Shown: positions 47,447 to 59,727, counted from the first letter of the stretch. The stretch is DNA of 64,000 nucleotides from Octopus sinensis (GCF_006345805.1 NC_043007.1:48608001-48672000), one strand, 5' to 3'. Translations and numbers: made by a program. The notes: a model not told the origin generated them from the letters alone.

Positions 47447-49341
47447 TATATTCCTGGTAAGGCAGCTGCAGGAGAAATACCTAGCCAAAGATAAGCCCCT
47501 GTACCTGGCTTTTGTTGACATGGAGAAAGCCTTCGACAGGGTCCCCCGATCCCTTATCTGGTGGGCAATGAGGAAACTAGGGATAGATGAATGGTTAGTG
47601 AGAGCTGTGCGGGCCATGTACAGGGACGCCGCTAGTAGGGTGAGGGTTGGAAATGTGTACAGTGAAGAATTCCGGGTAGAGGTAGGAGTCCACCAAGGCT
47701 CAGTACTCAGCCCCCTCCTATTTATCATAGTCCTCCAGGCAATAACGGAGGAATTCAAGACAGGATGCCCTTGGGAGCTCCTCTATGCTGATGACCTTGC
47801 TCTAATTGCTGAGTCGCTATCAGAACTGGAGGAGAAGTTTCAGGTGTGGAAACAAGGATTAGAATCGAAGGGCCTCAGAGTCAATCTAGCTAAAACCAAA
47901 GTCGTAATCAGTAGGAAGGTAGACAAATCACAAACACCTTCAGGTAGATGGCCCTGCTCGATCTGTAGAAAAGGTGTAGGTAGAAACTCTATAAGATGCA
48001 CCAAGTGTAAGCTATGGACACATAAGAGATGCAGCAATGTCAAAGGAAGGCTAACTAGGAAGATGGTTTTTGTATGTGGCAGATGCTCAGGAACAATAAA
48101 CACTGAAAATGCTCTGAGACCAACTTCCGTCACTTTCCAGGGAGAAAAACTAGAAATAGTTGATAGTTTCCGTTACCTAGGTGACCAAGTCAGCAGCGGG
48201 GGCGGGTGTGCTGAAAGTGTAACTGCTAGAGTAAGAATAGCTTGGGCAAAGTTCAGAGAGCTCTTACCTCTGCTGGTGACAAAAGGCCTCTCGCACAGAG
48301 TGAAAGGCAGACTGTATGATGCGTGTGTACGAACAGCCATGCTACATGGCAGTGAAACATGGGCCGTGACTGCTGAGGATATGCGTAAGCTCGCTAGAAA
48401 TGAAGCCAGTATGCTCCGATGGATGTGTAATGCCGGTACTCACACTCGGCAGAGTGTAAGTACCTTGAGAGAAAAGCTGGACCTAAGAAGCATCAGTTGT
48501 GGTGTGCAAGAGAGACGTTTGCGCTGGTATGGTCATGTGGCGAGAATGGATGAAGATAGTTGTGTGAAAAAGTGCCACACCCTAGCGGTTGAGGGAACCT
48601 GTGGAAGAGGCAGACCCAGGAAAACCTGGGACGAGGTGGTGAAGCACGACCTTCGAACTTTAGGTCTCACTGAGGAAATGACTAGAGACCGAGACCTCTG
48701 GAAGTGTGCTGTGCGCGAGAAGACCCGGCAGGACAAGTGAGTCCATAACCCGTGGCCTTCTACATGGGATGGAGCCAGCCTACGTATGCATACCTTCCCT
48801 TCTTGGGACACAAAACTCTACTTGTGAAGACGTGATGAGGCAAGTGAGGATCAGAATCGAAATCGATCAATGGAAATTGCGGATGTGCTACCAGTGCCGG
48901 TGGCATGTCAAAACTCTGCTTGTGAAGACCCGTTGAGGCAAGTGACGATCAGAATCGAAATCGATCAATGGAAATTGCAGATGTGTTACCAGTGCCGGTG
49001 GCATGTAAGAGAACTTTCCGTTTCACGACCGTTGCCAGCACCGCCCCGTTTCGTGTCCGTTGCCAGCCTCGCCTGGCCCTCGTGCCGGTGGCACATAAAA
49101 AGCACCATCCGTTCGTGGCCGTTTGCCAGCTCTGTCTGGCACCAGTGCGGGTGGCACGTAAAAAGCACCCACTACACTCACGGAGTGGTTGGCGTTAGGA
49201 AGGGCATCCAGCCGTAGAAACACTGCCAGATTTGACTGGGCCTGATGAAGCCTTCTGGCTTCACAGACCCCAGTAGAACCGTCCAACCCATGCTAGCATG
49301 GAAAACGGACGCTAAACGATGATGATGATGATGATGATGAT
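47447..49341 (+). mobile_element. Young 5'-truncated RTE LINE, antisense in a FAM161 intron
   Basis: Uninterrupted ORF2 3' half, 3'UTR with duplicated gatcagaatcgaaatcgatc block and structured modules, (GAT)n tail. Confidence 0.95.
47448..48740 (+). pseudogene. Truncated RTE ORF2 (RT C-half + PHD finger + C-terminal domain), 430 codons open
   Basis: IFLVRQLQEKY...LLYADD...REKTRQDK*; the N-terminal 55 aa of the listed 485-aa ORF come from an unrelated flanking repeat. Confidence 0.92.
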
Positions 49342-49409
49342 ATATATATATTTATACATATTTCCTCAAATGTCAGTTAGGATCCTTAGATACAGAAGAC
49401 AGTTTCTGT

Positions 49410-50220
49410 TATTTATGAGAGCAAGTTAACAATGGTGGAGGTTGTTCCGAAAGCATAGCTGCTAGAATGAGAATAGACTGAGTAAAGTTCAGAGAGCTAC
49501 TACCTCTATTAGTAACAAAGGACCTCTCCCTCAGAGTGAAAGTCAGATTGTATGATGCCTCTGTACAAACAGCTATGCTACATGGAAGTGAAACATGGGC
49601 AGTAACTGCAGAGGACATATGATTGCTTGAAAGAAAGCCAGTATGCTCTGCTGGAAGGATAATGTTGTTGTGCATATGCAACAGAGTGTAAGTGATTAGA
49701 GAGAAAAACTGGATATAGAGGGCATCAGATGTAGTGTGCAAGAGAGAAGACTGTGATGGTACAGTCATGTGATGCATATGAATGGAGACAGTTGCATCAA
49801 GAAGGAATAGACTCAAGAAGACATGGGACAGAGTGGTGAGAAAGGATCTTAGAGGACTGAGACTTCTGGCAGTTTGTTGTGCTAGAGAAGACATGTCAAG
49901 CTAAATATATTTTTGGTCATCCTTGTATACAGGCATGTCTCCAGCATCCCCCTCTTCAGCTAAGCATTCATAATGTTTCAGGCTCATGGATGCCAGTGCT
50001 ACATAAAAAGCAACTGTGCCCGTGCCACGTGACAACACCTGTGCTGGTACTGCATAAGGGCACCAAGTACACTCTGTAAAGTGATTGGCATTAGGAAGGG
50101 CATCCAGCTGTAGAAACCATGCGGAAACAGATATGGAGCCCAAGCAGCTCTCCAGTTGACCAGCTCCTGTCAAATTATCCAACCCATACCAGCATGAAAA
50201 GCAAACGTTAAAGGATGATG
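49410..50220 (+). mobile_element. Degraded RTE LINE 3' fragment
   Basis: Decayed GGGCSES..ARI...LP.LVTK.LS region followed by the standard tail. Confidence 0.8.
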
Positions 50221-50235
50221 ATATATGCATGTATA

Positions 50236-50271
<36 letters not shown>

Positions 50272-50489
50272 GCTACAATAATTGTATGTGTGTTTGTTGT
50301 TTACATATATATATATACGAGATATTAATTTTATAGATATTGATGAATTTACACTACAACAGAATTTTAGTTGAAGAAAGGATGTATATGATAAATACCA
50401 TAACAAGATACAGAGAATAACATGCAACATACAACATAACTAGGTTATTACATCATCGTCTTAACTACACAAACCATGCCTGCTTGCAT

Positions 50490-50725
50490 GCATACATACG
50501 TACATACATACATACACACATACATACATACATACATACATACATACATACATACATACATACACACACACATACATACATACATACATACATACACACA
50601 CATACATACATACATACATACATACATACATACATAATACATACATACATACATACATACATACATACATACATACATACATACATACATACATACATAC
50701 ATACATACATACATACATACATACA
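50490..50725. repeat. (TACA)n tetranucleotide microsatellite
   Basis: Directly visible; explains the MYVC/HTYI ORFs. Confidence 0.97.
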
Positions 50726-52989
50726 ATATTACATATATGTAAATTAGGTCATTTTGAAATTCCACATAAGTCATTCAACTTTCAAGAATTGTTTTACCAA
50801 TTTGGAATTAGTGCCAAAATATATAAACAAACAAGTAAGCAAACAAACCTATAAATTACCAAATAAATAAATAAAACCTTTCTCTGCAGGAGGAGTACCA
50901 AAAATTTGCAAATAAGATTGTCACAAGCTCAGAGATGCATTTGAAAGGAGAAAGTAGTAGGGAAAGCTGACTAATTCTGTTTTCTGAACTCTTGTGTGTA
51001 TATGGATAGGGGTTGTTTGAAATAGTTTTCAGAGGTCAAAATGCGGGACACACAAATACATCTCTAATTATGTTATAAAGTAGTCATTTAACATGGAAAG
51101 GAGATTTGGTTTCCTAGCTGTAAAAGTCAAATTGTTAGTCATTTATATGGTTGTTGTTTAGCACTAAGCCAATACTGGTTAAGCAAATCTATGATCAAAA
51201 GCATTCCATCCATGACCATCCGTTTTTACTTTTTTTTTTCAGGATTGCATTATTCAATGTGTTTTACTCCTTTTTGAAGAGAGCGGGGTATTGTTTAAGG
51301 GAAATTTTGATGCTATTTCCAGCTCATTGAGCAACCATGTTGAGGCAACCCTCAGTGGCTCATAATTGCCTGCTTGCTTATTTGTTAATTGAGTAATTTA
51401 TTTATCTTTACCATTCAGTCATGAAAGAAATGGCAACACCCCGATCCTCTATTTCCTCCAAGGTACCTGAGACAGTGGGGAAGAAAAAAGGATGTTAGCT
51501 TCAAACTAGACATCTGACCTGATAACCAACAACATGGTGAACTCCTCTAAAGTGATTTAGCAAAAGTAACTGATAGAATAAATATCAGACTTAGAAGAGA
51601 AAATAAAATAAAACAATAATCCTTTCCAACATAAATCCATCCATATCAACCAATGACCTGTAACCATTTAAGATCTTAACCCTACCAACTTTATTATGTT
51701 ACCCCACGTCCCATGTCTGTTCTACAACATATCCTATAAATATACACTAACCAAAAAGGACATCAAATACCCCTCAGACTCTTCTTTGCTATCTTCAAAA
51801 AAAAAAGCACAAGAAAAACTCATTAGATAATGCAATCAGAGATAATGCTGTGCCTGAAGAAAGGAAAAAATAAGATGGTCACCACAAGACTGTCTTTGAT
51901 CATTGGTCAGTTTAATGAATCAGAGTATTGTTGTAAATAACAACAACAATCTATAAACGCTGGCCAGCTCCTCCTCCCCTCCTCCCCTTCATTCCCTTTC
52001 CTTCCTGTCCCCTTTTCCCTCTTCTTCTGTCTTCCTCCCACCTCTTCTTTCATTTCCCTCAGCCTCTTCCTTCCCTGTCCTTCCCCTCCTCTTTCTCTCT
52101 TCTTCTCTCTTTCTCCCACCTCCTTTTACTTCCCTTGTCTTTTCCTTTACCTATCCTGTCCTCATCTCCTCTTCTTCATCTTCAGCTAGCAAATAAATTC
52201 TCATCCTTCATTACAATCATGAGACAGCAACCATAGCAACCTCTAATTGCATACAGGACAACTCGATATAAAACTGTATAAGCTTACAACATTATAATAA
52301 GATAATGTCAGTGAAGACCATTCCACAACACATGAAGCCTCTACACTTGCATAGAGGTATCATTCCCCTATACTGCTAACACAGACAGGCCACTGTTAAA
52401 TTTCTTCTGCAACTGTCAACATAGTTTTCATAGATATGTTCCTATTGTTTTACAAAGCTGTTTTTAAATCAAGCAGGAGGATTAATAAGGTGATAAAGCA
52501 GTGCTGTTTGAAATAGGTGACAGATGTATAATGGTTAAATGATTAACCATTATAATCATGATCAATCTAACTGGAAAAAGCACAATTTGCAGCAGATGTC
52601 TCTAATTTAGCTAATAAACAGACATAGCAACTATAACTGCATGTTATTATCCTAAACAAAATTCATTGGACCTATACATTTGGTACTCTCTCTCTTTTTC
52701 TCTTTCATTAACTGTAAGTTAGCATGGTGAGTTGGGATAAAAAGAGAGAGCCATTCATTATTTTCTCATATCACCTTCAATGAACATAGTTTTTGAATAA
52801 TCGTTTGGCCACTTAATATCCAGTGTGAAACAAATTGATAAGATTGATGGCAATGGATCGAAGAAATTATATTTTGATGAACATATGTGTGTGTAAATCA
52901 TCTAAGAGTCAGGAAAAAATGCACTCATATCTCTGTCAGTAGGGTGGGTATATTAGTTGAAGTGGACAGTATTATATATCCGTTATAGC

Positions 52990-53184
52990 CAATCTTACCA
53001 ATCAGTTTCAGGCTAAGGATTCAATGTAGTGTTAGGTAACAGTCTGATTATGTAACCCTGCACTCATCAGAGGTAGCCGTATTTCATTCCATAACGGCTA
53101 CCACTGATGAACGCAAGGTTACATAATTTGACTGCTACCTAACACTCTGTTGAATCCCTAGTGCAAAACCAATTGGCAAGATTG
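52990..53184. repeat. 195-nt fold-back palindrome (91-nt ungapped arms, 13-nt loop)
   Basis: 52990-53080 vs reverse complement of 53094-53184: 73/91 identical by hand count. Confidence 0.92.
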
Positions 53185-53185
53185 C

Positions 53186-54306
53186 CCCCCTGTGCAGGTG
53201 ACACGTAAAAGCACCATCCGTTCGTAGCCGTTTGCCAGCCCTGTCTGGCCCCCGTGTCGGTGGCACGTAAAAGCACCAGCCGTTTGTGTTCGTTGCCAGC
53301 CTGGCCTGGCCCCCGTGCCGGTGACACGTAAAAGCACCATCCGTTTGTGGCCGTTTGCCAGCTCTGTCTGGCCCCCGTGCCGGTGACACGTAAAAGCACC
53401 ATCCGTTCGTGGCCGTTTGCCAGCCCTGTCTGGCCCCCATGTCGGTGACATGTAAAAGCACCATCCGTTCGTGGCCGTTTGCCAGCCCTGTCTGGCCCCC
53501 ATGTCGGTGACATGTAAAAGCACCATCCGTTCGTGTCCGTTGCCAGCCTCGCCTGGCCCCCGTGCCGGTGACACGTAAAAGCACCATCCGTTCGTGGCCG
53601 TTTGCCAGCCCTGTCTGGGCCCCGTGTCGGTGGCACGTAAAAGCACCAGCCGTTTGTGTTCGTTGCCAGCCTGGCCTGGCCCCCGTGCCGGTGACACGTA
53701 AAAGCACCATCCGTTTGTGGCCGTTTGCCAGCTCTGTCTGGCCCCCGTGCCGGTGACACGTAAAAGCACCATCCGTTCGTGGCCGTTTGCCAGCCCTGTC
53801 TGGCCCCCATGTCGGTGACATGTAAAAGCACCATCCGTTCGTGGCCGTTTGCCAGCCCTGTCTGGCCCCCATGTCGGTGACATGTAAAAGCACCATCCGT
53901 TCGTGTCCGTTGCCAGCCTCGCCTGGCCCCCGTGCCGGTGACACGTAAAAGCACCATCCGTTCGTGGCCGTTTGCCAGCTCTGTCTGGCCCCCGTGTTGG
54001 TGGCACGTAAAAGCACCATCCGTTCGTGTCCGTTGCCAGCCTCGCCTGGCCCCCGTGCCGGTGACACGTAAAAGCACCATCCGTTCGTGGCCGTTTGCCA
54101 GCTCTGTCTGGCACCTGTGCGGGTGGCACGTAAAAGCACCCACTACACTCACGGAGTGGTTGGCGTTAGGAAGGGCATCCAGCCGTAGAAACACTGCCAG
54201 ATCTGACTGGGCCTGATGAAGCCTTCCAGCTTCACAGACCCCAGTTGAACCGTCCAGCCCATGCTAGCATGGAGAACGGACGCTAAATGATGATGATGAT
54301 GATGAT
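53186..54306 (+). mobile_element. RTE 3'UTR fragment with a 15-unit 61/62-nt tandem array and normal (GAT)n tail
   Basis: Units g/atg(c/t)cggtg(a/g)ca(c/t)gtaaaagcacca...ctggccccc; terminal 170 nt nearly identical to 49170-49341. Confidence 0.95.
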
Positions 54307-54833
54307 ATACACATGCATGCACACACATAGTATTATTGTGTTCAAGATCATAACAACAAACTGGGTTGACAAAGGAGTTACAACTCGTTGTTAGAAACAG
54401 CAACTGAATCCCACTCAAGTCATTTCACAAAAATAAAGAGAGAACAAGTTGCATAAGTAATCCTAGGTAGACTATTATGTTTGAATTAAAGGCAGCTCAT
54501 GACTGTTTGATGAGAGCTGACTGACCTAATAGTAAACAACAATAACAAAGACAGTAGCAAACAACAAAAACAAAAGCAAATAACTGCAAATCAAAAAGAG
54601 AACTTCTTTGTAGCCATTTCACGTGATAGAAATAGAAACCAAATTTCCCTCCTGTCATACACTACTGTTTTTAAAAAAGGAGGGATATGTTGGATAGTGA
54701 TGAAGTTCTAGATATCCTAACCTGCAAGAGACAGAACGGGTGTGAATGGAGTACCTTAGATCATAAGTCAGCATAATCGATGCTGCCTTGGGCTAAAATC
54801 AGCAACTACAATGGATACTAAGAAGTAACTCAC

Positions 54834-54968
54834 ATGTAAGATGGAATTTTATTCTCTGCAACTGGATTTCTGTGGTAGCTGCGGACTTTGTCTTGAATTT
54901 CCTTCTTCAAATGTTTATGACTTTTGTTGCTTACACATTCTTTTGAATTCTGATTTTCTATTTTCATC
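54834..54968 (-). CDS. FAM161A: FAM161A/B-family symmetric internal exon (135 nt): MKIENQNSKECVSNKSHKHLKKEIQDKVRSYHRNPVAENKIPSY
   Basis: Acceptor ttttcatttcag| at 54969, donor |gtgagt at 54833-54828; open frame; ends AT| which joins the leading A of the 44647 exon (ATA, Ile) in frame; protein similarity itself is weak. Confidence 0.72.
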
Positions 54969-55192
54969 CTGAAATGAAAATTCCATTTTTACATTTGTGT
55001 GTGTGTGTGTATGAATACATAAACATATAAATCATCAACATCATATAATGTTCATGTTCCATGTTGACATGGCTTAGACAATTTGACAACCATCGAACAT
55101 GGAATTCTAGATGATGATGATGATGATGATGATATATGTCTGCATGTGTAGATATATGTATATATGTATGTATATATGTGTGTGTAGATGTG

Positions 55193-55240
<48 letters not shown>

Positions 55241-55242
<2 letters not shown>

Positions 55243-56786
55243 AGTGCCGGTGGCACACAAGAGAAAACCATCCGAAAGTGGCCGTAGCCAGTACCGCATC
55301 GACTGGCCTCCGTGCTGTGGGCACATGACAAACACCATCCGATCGTGGCCGTTCGCCAGCCTCATCTAGCACCTGTGTCGGTGGCACATAAAAACACTAT
55401 CCGAAGACCCGGCAAGACTAGTCAGGCCATAACCCATGGCCCCTACCTGGGACGTAGTCAGTCCACCTGTGCATACCTTCCTTCTTGTGACACTTGTGAA
55501 GACCTGTTGAGGCAAGTGAAAATCAAATCAAAACAAATCAAAATAGATGAACATCAATGGAATCTGTATCTTTGTGGTACCAGTGCCGGTGACACACACT
55601 TTGTGGTACCAGTGCCGGTGGCACACAAGAGAACCATCCGAACGTGGCCGTAGCCAGTTCCGCATCGACCGGCCTCCGTGCTGTGGGCACGTAACAAACA
55701 CCATCCGATCATGGCCGTTCGCCAGCCTCATCTGGCACCTGTGTCGGTGGCACATAAAAACACCTTCCGAAGACCCGGCAAGACTAGTCAGTCCACCTGT
55801 GCATACCTTCCTTCTTGTGACACTTGTGAAGACCGGTTGAGGCAAGTGAAAATAAAATCAAATCAAATCAAAATAGACAAAATAGATGAACATCAATGGA
55901 ATTTGTATCTTGTGGTACCAGTGCCTGTGGCACACAAGAAATCCATCAGTGCCGTAGTCAGTGCGGTGGGCACATGACAAACACCATCCGATCGTGGCCG
56001 TTCGCCAGCCTCATCTAGCACCTGTGTCGGTGGCACATAAAAACACCATCCGAAGACTAGTCAGGCCATAACCCATGGCCCCTACCTGGGACGTAGTCAG
56101 TCCACCTGTGCATACCTTCCTTCTTGTGACGCTTGTGAAGACCTGTTGAGGCAAGTGAAAATCAAAACAAATCAAAATAGATGAACATCAATGGAATTTG
56201 TATCTTTGTGGTACCAGTGCCGGTGGCACGTGGCACATAAGAAAACCATCCGAACGTGGCCGTAGCCAGTACCGCATCGACTGGCCTCCGTGCTGTGGGC
56301 ACGTAACAAGCACCATCCGATCGTGGCCGTTTGCCAGCCTCATCTGGCACCTGTGTCGGTGGCACATAAAAACACCATCCGAGCGTGGCCGTCTGCCAGC
56401 CTCGTCTGGCACCTGTGTCGGTGGCACATAAAAACACCATCCGAGCGTGGCCGTCTGCCAGCCTCGTCTGGCACCTGTGTCGGTGGCACATAAAAACACC
56501 ATCCGAGCGTGGCCGTCTGCCAGCCTCGTCTGGCACCTGTGTCGGTGGCACATAAAAAACACCATCCGAGCGTGGCCGTTTGCCAGCCTCGTCTGGCACC
56601 TGTGTCGGTGGCACATAAAATCACCCACTACAGTCTCGGAGTGGTTGGCGTTAGGAAGGGCATCCAGCTGTAGAAACACTGCCAGATCTGACTGGACTGG
56701 TGCAGCTTTCGGGCTCCCCAGACCCCAGTTGAACCGTCCAACCCATGCTAGCATGGAAAGCGGATGTTAAATGATGATATGATGAT
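55241..56786 (+). mobile_element. Rearranged RTE 3'UTR (second subfamily) with three internal restarts and a 4-unit terminal array
   Basis: Blocks begin again at gaagacccggcaagactag (ORF2 end) near 55403, 55770 and 56052; standard tail at 56620-56786. Confidence 0.9.
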
Positions 56787-56811
56787 ATATATATATATAT
56801 AGGAAAGAAAC

Positions 56812-57575
56812 AGATGCAATCTTCCTAGTGAGGCTTCTGCAGGAGAAATACTTGGCTAAGAGCAAACCATTATTTATGGCTTTCATTGACCTGGAGAAAG
56901 CATCTGACAGAGTACCGCATTAAGAAAACAAGGCATCGATGAATGGCTTGTGAGAGCTGTATAAGCCATATACAAAGATGCAGTAAAGTGAGTATCAACA
57001 ATGATTTCAGTGATAAACTTTGTGTGAAGGTTGAGGCACAGCTTTCAGATCCCTGTAAGTCATCATAGATCAACAGTCCATCACAGAGAAGTTTAAGACT
57101 AGAAGTCCATGGGAACTCCTGTATATTGATGAGCTAGTTCTTATAACTGGATCTGTAGAAGAATTACACAGGAAATTCTGAGTATGGATGCTAAGATTAT
57201 ATTTGAAAGGCCTTAAGGTAAACTTAAATAAAGACAAAGATTTTAGTAGGTAGAAAAGGAGGCAGGACCTTGGTACCTTCAGGGAAATGACTTTACTCAA
57301 TATATAGAAAAGAGTAGGTATAAACTCCATATACTGTACCCAATGCAAGAGATGTAGTGGAATCACAAGCAAACTAGCAGAGAACATAAGCTTATGTTCT
57401 CTATTAGTTTGCTTGTGATTGCACTACATCTCTTGCATGTCCATAGCTTACATTGCATACAGCATATGGAGTTTATACCTACACTTTGGACTGTCATGCA
57501 CCACTGTCCAACTCATGCCAGCATGGAATAAAGACATTGAATGATGATGGTGATGATGATGATGATGATGATCAC
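56812..57575 (+). mobile_element. Degraded RTE RT fragment with internal fold-back, joined to a short 3' tail
   Basis: TDAIFLVRLLQEKYLAKSKP remnant at 56812; palindrome centred on aag|ctt at 57390/57391; tail ccaactcatgccagcatggaa..gatgat. Confidence 0.8.
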
Positions 57576-57654
57576 ACACACACACATATTATATATTTTA
57601 TATATATAAATATATTATATCATACTGTATTATATTATTTATCTTATACATATA

Positions 57655-58850
<1,196 letters not shown>

Positions 58851-59154
58851 ATATATATATTTAGATATATATTACATTATATATATTATGTTATATATTA
58901 TATTACATATTTTTGTATATATATACACACACGTATATATATACAACATACATATGTATGTATGCATGCATGTATGTATGTATCATCATCATCAACAACA
59001 ACAACAATTAAAGTTTATCTTCCCCTGATAGCAGCTGTATGACATGTGTGTATATGTGTGTGTGTGTGTTGTGTGTGTGTGTGTGCGTGCGTCTGTGAGT
59101 GTTAAATTTAAATGTATTTGCATCTGTGTGGGTGTATATATATATATATATATA

Positions 59155-59465
59155 TCACCGTGGTTACCGTGACTGACCAGGCTATCATATGTTGCTACAC
59201 ATCACTGGTCACAATGCGCTTCACATTGTTTTAGCCTTCGAATGACGCCACCCTGCTGGCTAAGCAAGCAGGCCAACAGAAGAAAGAGTGAGAGAAAGTT
59301 GTGGCAAAAGAGTACAGCAGGGATTGCCACCGCCCCTGCTGGGGCCTCATGAAGCTTTAGGTGTTTTCGCTCGATAAACACTCACAACACCTGGTCTGGG
59401 AATCGAAACCGCGATCCTACAAGCGCGAGTCCGCTGCCCTAACCACTGGGCCATTGCACCTCCAC
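59155..59465 (-). mobile_element. tRNA-derived SINE family D
   Basis: Minus-strand head ggaggtgcaatggcccagtggttagggcagcggactcg...ggtttcgattccc followed by ~230 nt of non-tRNA body. Confidence 0.82.
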
Positions 59466-59491
59466 ACACACACACACACACATATAACTTT

Positions 59492-59641
59492 CATCATCAT
59501 CATCATCATTTAATGTCCGCTTTCCATGCTAGCATGGGTTGGATGATTTGACTGAGGACTGGCGAACCAGATGGCTGTACCAGGATCCAATCTGATCTGG
59601 CAGAATTTCTACAGCTGGATGCCCTTCCTAACGCCAACCAC
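59492..59641 (-). mobile_element. RTE LINE 3' tail fragment
   Basis: catcatcatttaatgtccgctttccatgctagcatgggttgg...gcccttcctaacgccaaccac. Confidence 0.9.
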
Positions 59642-59643
59642 TT

Positions 59644-59727
59644 GACCAACCCATATCAACTATATATGTGTGTGTGTATATATATATATATATATACACA
59701 CACATATATAGTTGATATGGGTTGGTC
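59644..59727. repeat. Near-perfect 84-nt palindrome centred on (TA)n
   Basis: gaccaacccatatcaactatatat / atatatagttgatatgggttggtc are exact reverse complements. Confidence 0.95.

Noticed and set aside
53191-54141. CRISPR-like array next to a reverse transcriptase
   Set aside because: There are no unique spacers; the variable part has only two or three recurring variants. There are no cas genes, the context is eukaryotic, and the array is continuous with an RTE tail.
53135-54194. Three overlapping 323-351-aa minus-strand ORFs
   Set aside because: The GC-rich unit simply lacks stop triplets on that strand. Units of 61/62 nt rotate the frames, so the same peptides occur in all three.
59390-59465. 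tRNA gene
   Set aside because: It has A/B boxes but no complete cloverleaf and continues into a SINE body. The same applies to the other SINE heads.
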